This document shows, piece after piece, positions 59,312 to 64,000 of a stretch of DNA of 64,000 nucleotides (positions are counted from its first letter, which is position 1; each line of letters begins with the position of its first letter). The notes beneath the pieces are model-generated. The model searched no databases, was not told where the DNA came from, and worked only from the letters and a program-made list of their open reading frames with translations. The DNA comes from Verrucomicrobiota bacterium (GTDB taxonomy: Bacteria; Chlamydiota; Chlamydiia; Chlamydiales; SM23-39). The stretch covers positions 61,178 through 125,177 of the forward strand of contig JAGWZL010000001.1 of assembly GCA_018968815.1 (NCBI GenBank), in the 5' to 3' direction. A program made the position numbers and the translations under genes.

Positions 59312-60385
59312 ATGCCCCATCTGGTCCAACGAGTAGAATTTCGAAAGGAAATGGTGATCGTTCATGTTCTTTTCAAACGCTCGTTTTGGCATTTTGGGAG
59401 GATTCTTTTCTATTTAATCGTCGAAGGGAAAGCGAGACCTGTTTCGAGACGAGTGTATGGGGCGGCATTGCCCAAAGAGAGCGCTCCGTTTTTCTTAACC
59501 TGTCATGAGACGAGAGAGAGGACGAAAGCCGAGTTTATAGGGAATCGATCGGGGGGCGAGGTGCAAATCCCTCTCTCAGCGATCGGTTCTTTTGAGAGGC
59601 TTTACGCTCAAATCGGGGAGCCTTCTGGAGAGACTGTGGAGTCTGCTTGGATTGAGAAATCGCCTTCACCCGCTACGGGTGGGCACATTGTCGCTGTGAT
59701 TCCTTGTTACGATGTGGCCTCTTACTGCGAACCGGTGATTTTGGGAGCGTTGCAGGAGGCGTCTTATGTTGTGGCGATCGATGATGGGTCGACCGATCAG
59801 ACGGCTAGCCTGTTAGACCAAATCGCTCGCGATCATCCTACGCTGCACGTCATCCATTTTGCTCAAAACCAAGGAAAGGGTTCGGCGCTTCTTGCGGGGT
59901 TTAAGTATGCTTTAGAGCATTGGTCTTTTGATGTGTTGGTGACGTTGGATGGGGATGGGCAGCATCGGCCGACAGACATTCCGGCTGTCGCTAAAGAGAT
60001 TTTCACTGGGAAGGAGTTTGCGATTGGCGAAAGAACGTTTGCTTTGATGCCGTGGGTGCGCCGATTTAGCAATTTCTGGATCGCTTTTTTTTTACGGTTT
60101 TTTTATCCCAATGCGCCTATTGATACGCAGTCGGGATTTCGGGCCTTTCATCGAGAGCTTGTCGAGGCGATCACACATCAATTTACAAGTGGGCGCTACG
60201 AAGTGGAATTTCAGATTCTCCTCTATGCGCTGAGCCAACACCGCAAATTTGCCAAGACGACGATTTCGACGATCTATTTAAACCGGAATGTGTCTTCGCA
60301 CTTTTCGGCGTGGAGGGATACCGTTCGCATTTTTCGAGTCTTTTTTCAACATATTGGAGAAATATGCAAAACATCCTCCTCTTAG
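59312..60385 (+). CDS. GT2 glycosyltransferase (DPM1/ArnC-like) with ~125-aa N-terminal extension
   Basis: 'VAVIPCYDVASYC', 'AIDDGSTDQT', 'NQGKGSAL' and 'TLDGDGQH'. The SD aaggagg lies just upstream of the ATG at 59312. Confidence 0.8.
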   Translation: MPHLVQRVEFRKEMVIVHVLFKRSFWHFGRILFYLIVEGKARPVSRRVYGAALPKESAPFFLTCHETRERTKAEFIGNRSGGEVQIPLSAIGSFERLYAQIGEPSGETVESAWIEKSPSPATGGHIVAVIPCYDVASYCEPVILGALQEASYVVAIDDGSTDQTASLLDQIARDHPTLHVIHFAQNQGKGSALLAGFKYALEHWSFDVLVTLDGDGQHRPTDIPAVAKEIFTGKEFAIGERTFALMPWVRRFSNFWIAFFLRFFYPNAPIDTQSGFRAFHRELVEAITHQFTSGRYEVEFQILLYALSQHRKFAKTTISTIYLNRNVSSHFSAWRDTVRIFRVFFQHIGEICKTSSS

Positions 60386-61620
60386 AGCTCAATGAATTCA
60401 ATGTCGATTTGCTCAAAACGGCAGCCAAAGAGTATCCCAACATTCGCAAGCTCGTTTCTCTTCATGAAGTGCAGACGCATACGGACGATACGTATGAAAG
60501 CGATTTTTTAGAGCCTTGGGTGCAGTGGGTTTCCGTGCATACGGGGAGGCCTTCTGCGGAGCATCAGATCAAGCATTTGGGAGATGTTCCCGATCTAGGC
60601 ACCGAGCAGCTTTGGGAGGCTCTTTCCAAGCAAGGGATTACAAGTGGTGTTTGGGGGGCGATGAATGCGAGTCGGGCAGGCGCTGAGAAGTGTCTTTTTT
60701 TTATTCCCGACCCTTGGACTGCCTCAGAGAGGGCTTATCCGGAAGAGCTCAATGATTTACTGGAGCCGCTTCGCTTTGCCTCCAAAAGTTATGCCAAGCC
60801 TAAAATGGCTCAGATTGGCAAGATTTTCAAACTCTTCTCTTCCTATAAACTGCTGGGGAAAGTGATTCGAGAGGCGCCGAGACTTTGCAAAAACATCTTC
60901 CGTTTTCGCGCCGCCCATTGCGTATTTATTTCCTTTTTAGATCTCCTTTCAACGGAGCTTTTTTTAGCCTATAAGAAGAGGTACAACCCTCGATTGTCGG
61001 TACTTTTTTTAAATAGTCTTGCCCATTTGCAACACCATCATTGGCATGCTGGAAGCTCCAAATTGCAAGAGGGGCTCTCCTATATGGACCAGATTTTGGG
61101 GCGGCTCTTTGATTCTTTGGCAGAGGGCGATCTGTTTTTTGTGGCGAACGCTTTATCGCAAAAAAACACTCATGAGGAGCATCCTTGGATTCTCTATCGC
61201 CAAAAAGATCCGCAATCCTTTCCTCAAGCGGTGGGTATGGCGTGCAAGAGAGTGGAGCCGCACATGACTCATGATGCGCATCTGTATTTTGACAATGCGG
61301 AGCAGTGTCAGACAGCGAAGGAGGCGCTGGAGGGGGCGACTCTTTTGGGCCGCAGGCTCTTTTTCGTGGAGACGTATGCCGATCCGTGCAAATTATTTTA
61401 TCGCATCTGTTTTACGGATCCTGTCTCTCAAGACGTCTCGTTTACATTTGCTGGCAAATCGGTGCGGTTTTTTGATCTTTTTCAGGCGATTGTGCAGCGC
61501 ACAGGCAAACATATTCCTTACGGCACAGTGTTTACCAATGCGTCCAATCTTCCTCCATCGATGAAAAACCACGAGTTGTTCCACTATATTGCGCGCGAGC
61601 TTAGAGTTGTTTTTTCATGA
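60364..61620 (+). CDS. Alkaline-phosphatase-superfamily-like protein (function uncertain)
   Basis: 419 aa from the ATG at 60364. 'EPWVQWVSVHTGRPSAEH' and 'LNSLAHLQHHHWH' loosely recall phosphodiesterase/sulfatase-type folds. It overlaps the upstream gene by 22 nt. Confidence 0.5.
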   Translation: MQNILLLELNEFNVDLLKTAAKEYPNIRKLVSLHEVQTHTDDTYESDFLEPWVQWVSVHTGRPSAEHQIKHLGDVPDLGTEQLWEALSKQGITSGVWGAMNASRAGAEKCLFFIPDPWTASERAYPEELNDLLEPLRFASKSYAKPKMAQIGKIFKLFSSYKLLGKVIREAPRLCKNIFRFRAAHCVFISFLDLLSTELFLAYKKRYNPRLSVLFLNSLAHLQHHHWHAGSSKLQEGLSYMDQILGRLFDSLAEGDLFFVANALSQKNTHEEHPWILYRQKDPQSFPQAVGMACKRVEPHMTHDAHLYFDNAEQCQTAKEALEGATLLGRRLFFVETYADPCKLFYRICFTDPVSQDVSFTFAGKSVRFFDLFQAIVQRTGKHIPYGTVFTNASNLPPSMKNHELFHYIARELRVVFS

Positions 61621-62563
61621 CAGCGATTGTTTGTTTGAGCGTCTCTTCCAGGGGAATTTTGGGTTTAAAACCGGTGAGTTTCTCTAGTTTTTCTAGATTG
61701 GGTTTGCTTCGCATGACTTCTTTGTATTCATATCCGTAGGCTTTTTGATAAGGCACAAAGGAGATTTCGGAGCGGCTGTTGCAGAGTTTTTTGATCCATG
61801 TGGCAAGCTCGATGATGGAGATTTCTTCCTCGCTGCCAATATTGACAATTTGACCATTGGCTTGATCTGACTCGAGGAGTAAGTGGAGCGCTTGGACTAC
61901 GTCATCCACGTGGCAAAAGGTCCGTTTTTGTTGCCCATTGCCATAGACTGTCAGGGGTTCTTCTTTCAAAGCTTGTTCAACGAGTCTTGGGATGATCATT
62001 CCCTTTGGGCTCCGCTGATTGGGGCCGGCGACATTGAAAATGCGGGGAATGGCGCAGAAAAGGCTTTTTTCTTCGATGTAGGCATGGGCAGTCAATTCAT
62101 TGATTATTTTGCTCATCCGATAACTTTGCTGTCTCCAGTGTCCGGGGGGGATCTGCAAGGTTGCATCTTCACGAGACGCTGGTTCGCCGGAATAGACTCC
62201 AGAGGACGAGGCGATTGTCAAGCGGGCCCGGCTTTTTGTCTCCGCCATCAGTTCCAAGATGCATTCGCAGCTCTGGATGTTTTGCGAGAGAGTCGCGATG
62301 GGATTTTTCAAGATCACATGGTAACCCAAAATGCTTGCCATATGGTAGATCCTGTCGGCCCATCTCACGGCTTCTGTCAATTCAGGAGATTTGTGGAGCT
62401 CTTGCATGAAAAACTGAAAATGCGCGTGACCCAAATCGGGTAGCGTCTCTTTTTTGCCTGCGAAACAGCTATCGAATGCGCGGACTTGATCCCCTCTTTT
62501 CAGATGAAAATCGACGAGATGAGAGCCGATAAAACCTGCGCCGCCGGTGACTACGATATGCAT
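61601..62563 (-). CDS. NAD-dependent sugar-nucleotide epimerase/dehydratase (extended SDR)
   Basis: 'MHIVVTGGAGFIGSHLV' Rossmann motif and catalytic 'YRMSK'. The start was set to the ATG at 62563. Confidence 0.9.
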   Translation of the reverse strand: MHIVVTGGAGFIGSHLVDFHLKRGDQVRAFDSCFAGKKETLPDLGHAHFQFFMQELHKSPELTEAVRWADRIYHMASILGYHVILKNPIATLSQNIQSCECILELMAETKSRARLTIASSSGVYSGEPASREDATLQIPPGHWRQQSYRMSKIINELTAHAYIEEKSLFCAIPRIFNVAGPNQRSPKGMIIPRLVEQALKEEPLTVYGNGQQKRTFCHVDDVVQALHLLLESDQANGQIVNIGSEEEISIIELATWIKKLCNSRSEISFVPYQKAYGYEYKEVMRSKPNLEKLEKLTGFKPKIPLEETLKQTIAVMKKQL

Positions 62564-62760
62564 TTTTCTATATGTAGCGCGAGACCACTTCTTGAGCAAG
62601 AAAAAATAGCTGTCCATAGGATGCTTGGGCTTAACCCCCCCCATTCCGCTCTAGGTTATTTGTAAGTCGTTGATTATTATTGAGAAGAGACAAAAACCAA
62701 GGGTTTGTCATATTATTGTTTCAATGCTGCCGTTATAGTTTCTGACGCATAAAATATCTG

Positions 62761-62789
62761 TTGACGGAATTTTTACAATGATTTAAAAT
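62761..62789 (+). promoter_or_regulatory. Sigma-70-type promoter for the WD40 gene
   Basis: -35 TTGACG (62761-62766), 17-nt spacer, -10 TAAAAT (62784-62789), 28 nt upstream of the ATG at 62818, in an AT-rich spacer. Confidence 0.5.
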
Positions 62790-62817
62790 TATTGCAATAA
62801 TTTAAATCGTTTTGCAT

Positions 62818-64000
62818 ATGATTCATCTCGCTAATGTCACTCAGTCCTCCCATGCATCAGGGGTAACATCTCAGAACGTTGATGCATTGTCGAAGATCAA
62901 TTGGGTGCCGTTGGGGTTTATTATAGGGTATCTGCCGCCAGGTGAGGGAGTGAGGCTCAGCAAACTGAGCCGGTCTTTCCTGAAGAAGTTTGAAGAGTAT
63001 ATGATGATATCACGCCATGGGTATGAAGCGCTCACGCTACCCCGAGAATTGATGTCATCCTCAGGATTGACAGCCACAGCAGTGACAGACTTAAAAGAAC
63101 GGATCTTCAAGCAAAGAAGAATTCAATGGATAAGAGCGTACGTGGAAGAAATGTTACCGCGCCGTTACATCTTAAATGGTGGGGATACGGATGCGGTGGA
63201 GTGTCTCGCCTTTTCTCCAGATGGAGCGTGTTTTGCGACGGGATCTGTTGATGGGACAATCAAAATGTGGGATGTAGACACGCGCCGCTGCCTTGCTACT
63301 TTACGTAAGCATACGGATGTGGTGCAGCATATCGTCTTTTCTTCAGATGGAAAGCGTTTTACGACGACATCTATTGACGGGACAGTCAAATCATGGGATG
63401 TAGGCACGCGCCGCTGCCTTGCTGATTTAAATCAGGATCAGAGGAAGATGGACATCGCCTTTTCTCTAGATGGAACGCGTTTTGCGACGGTATCTGAGGA
63501 AGGCATAGTTACAATACAGGATGTAGCCACAGGCGGCACCATGACTACTGTAGGTGGGATTAAGCATCACGTGGCGCGCGTCGCCTTTTCTCCAGATGGA
63601 AAGCTTCTTGCGACGGCATCTTGGGGCAACACAGCCCAAATATGGGATGTAGCCACGGGCGTCCGCCTTGCTACTTTAAGTGGGCATACGGCTACGGTGA
63701 CGTATCTCGCCTTTTCTCAAGATGGAAAGCTTCTTGCGACGGGATCTGCTGACAAGACGGCCAAAATATGGGATATAGCAAAGGAAGCCTCCCTTGTTGC
63801 CACTTTATGTGGGCATACGTATTGGGTGGTGTATCTCGCCTTTTCTCCAGATGGAAAGTATCTTGCGACGGTATCTTGGGACCACACAATCAAACTATGG
63901 GATGTAGACAAACGCTGCTGCCTTGATACTTTACTTGAGCGTACGCATGGCGTAACGCCGCATCATGTCGCTTTTTCTCCAGATGGAACGCTTCTTGCGA
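62818..64000 (+). CDS. F-box-like / WD40-repeat protein (partial, runs off the window)
   Basis: Hand translation from the ATG at 62818 is open to the window end, and it is absent from the ORF track because no stop is reached. Six full and one partial WD40 units are present ('LAFSPDGKLLATGSADKTAKIWDI' etc.). The N-terminal 'VPLGFIIGYLPPGEGVRLSKLSRSFLKKF' is F-box-like. Confidence 0.85.
   Translation, partial: MIHLANVTQSSHASGVTSQNVDALSKINWVPLGFIIGYLPPGEGVRLSKLSRSFLKKFEEYMMISRHGYEALTLPRELMSSSGLTATAVTDLKERIFKQRRIQWIRAYVEEMLPRRYILNGGDTDAVECLAFSPDGACFATGSVDGTIKMWDVDTRRCLATLRKHTDVVQHIVFSSDGKRFTTTSIDGTVKSWDVGTRRCLADLNQDQRKMDIAFSLDGTRFATVSEEGIVTIQDVATGGTMTTVGGIKHHVARVAFSPDGKLLATASWGNTAQIWDVATGVRLATLSGHTATVTYLAFSQDGKLLATGSADKTAKIWDIAKEASLVATLCGHTYWVVYLAFSPDGKYLATVSWDHTIKLWDVDKRCCLDTLLERTHGVTPHHVAFSPDGTLLA

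Noticed and set aside
62871-63911. Minus-strand ORFs 62871..63110, 63165..63407, 63692..63889 and 63717..63911.
   Set aside because: They are antisense to the clearly periodic WD40 coding frame on the plus strand, which the track omits only because it has no stop in the window.

Overview
This is a densely coding 64-kb chromosomal window, roughly 50% GC by eye (not computed). All family assignments below come from motifs read in the translations and remembered family signatures; no database search was run. Housekeeping genes (glk, recA, polyprenyl synthase, RNA m5U methyltransferase, ung, purB, thrS) are interleaved with accessory blocks. The thrS / ParA (pGP5-D-like) / pGP6-D-like arrangement and a eukaryote-like F-box/WD40 gene suggest an environmental, amoeba-associated type of Chlamydiota. 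That placement rests on remembered synteny. Main points: (1) A cell-surface island spans 9.7-25.3 kb. It holds three tandem collagen-like (G-X-T) proteins with BclA/C1q-like C-terminal domains, flanked by two paralogous GT2-TPR glycosyltransferases, a GT92-like enzyme and unknown secreted proteins. Next to them is a 1253-aa protein with about 19 near-identical Cys-containing tandem repeats and an inverse-autotransporter-type beta-barrel at its C-terminus. (2) A pel-type exopolysaccharide operon spans 46.8-58.9 kb. Its pelA and pelB are split, there is no pelC, and pelD is short and lacks the c-di-GMP-binding domain. It is bracketed by a hybrid kinase with a degenerate HPt, a stand-alone HPt and a REC-only regulator. 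(3) A tRNA-Pro(GGG)-adjacent patch carries dinD and an AlbA_2/ATPase-type regulator gene bracketed by 25-bp direct repeats. (4) A small AT-rich islet carries a DUF4258/MqsA-like toxin-antitoxin pair. (5) Several non-coding elements are present: a 173-bp MITE-like palindromic element with a solo copy 16.5 kb away, a shared 21-bp palindrome at two loci, tandem hairpin units after recA, and a perfect 28-bp inverted repeat. Several ORF-track starts use TTG/GTG extensions and were trimmed where an ATG with better context exists.
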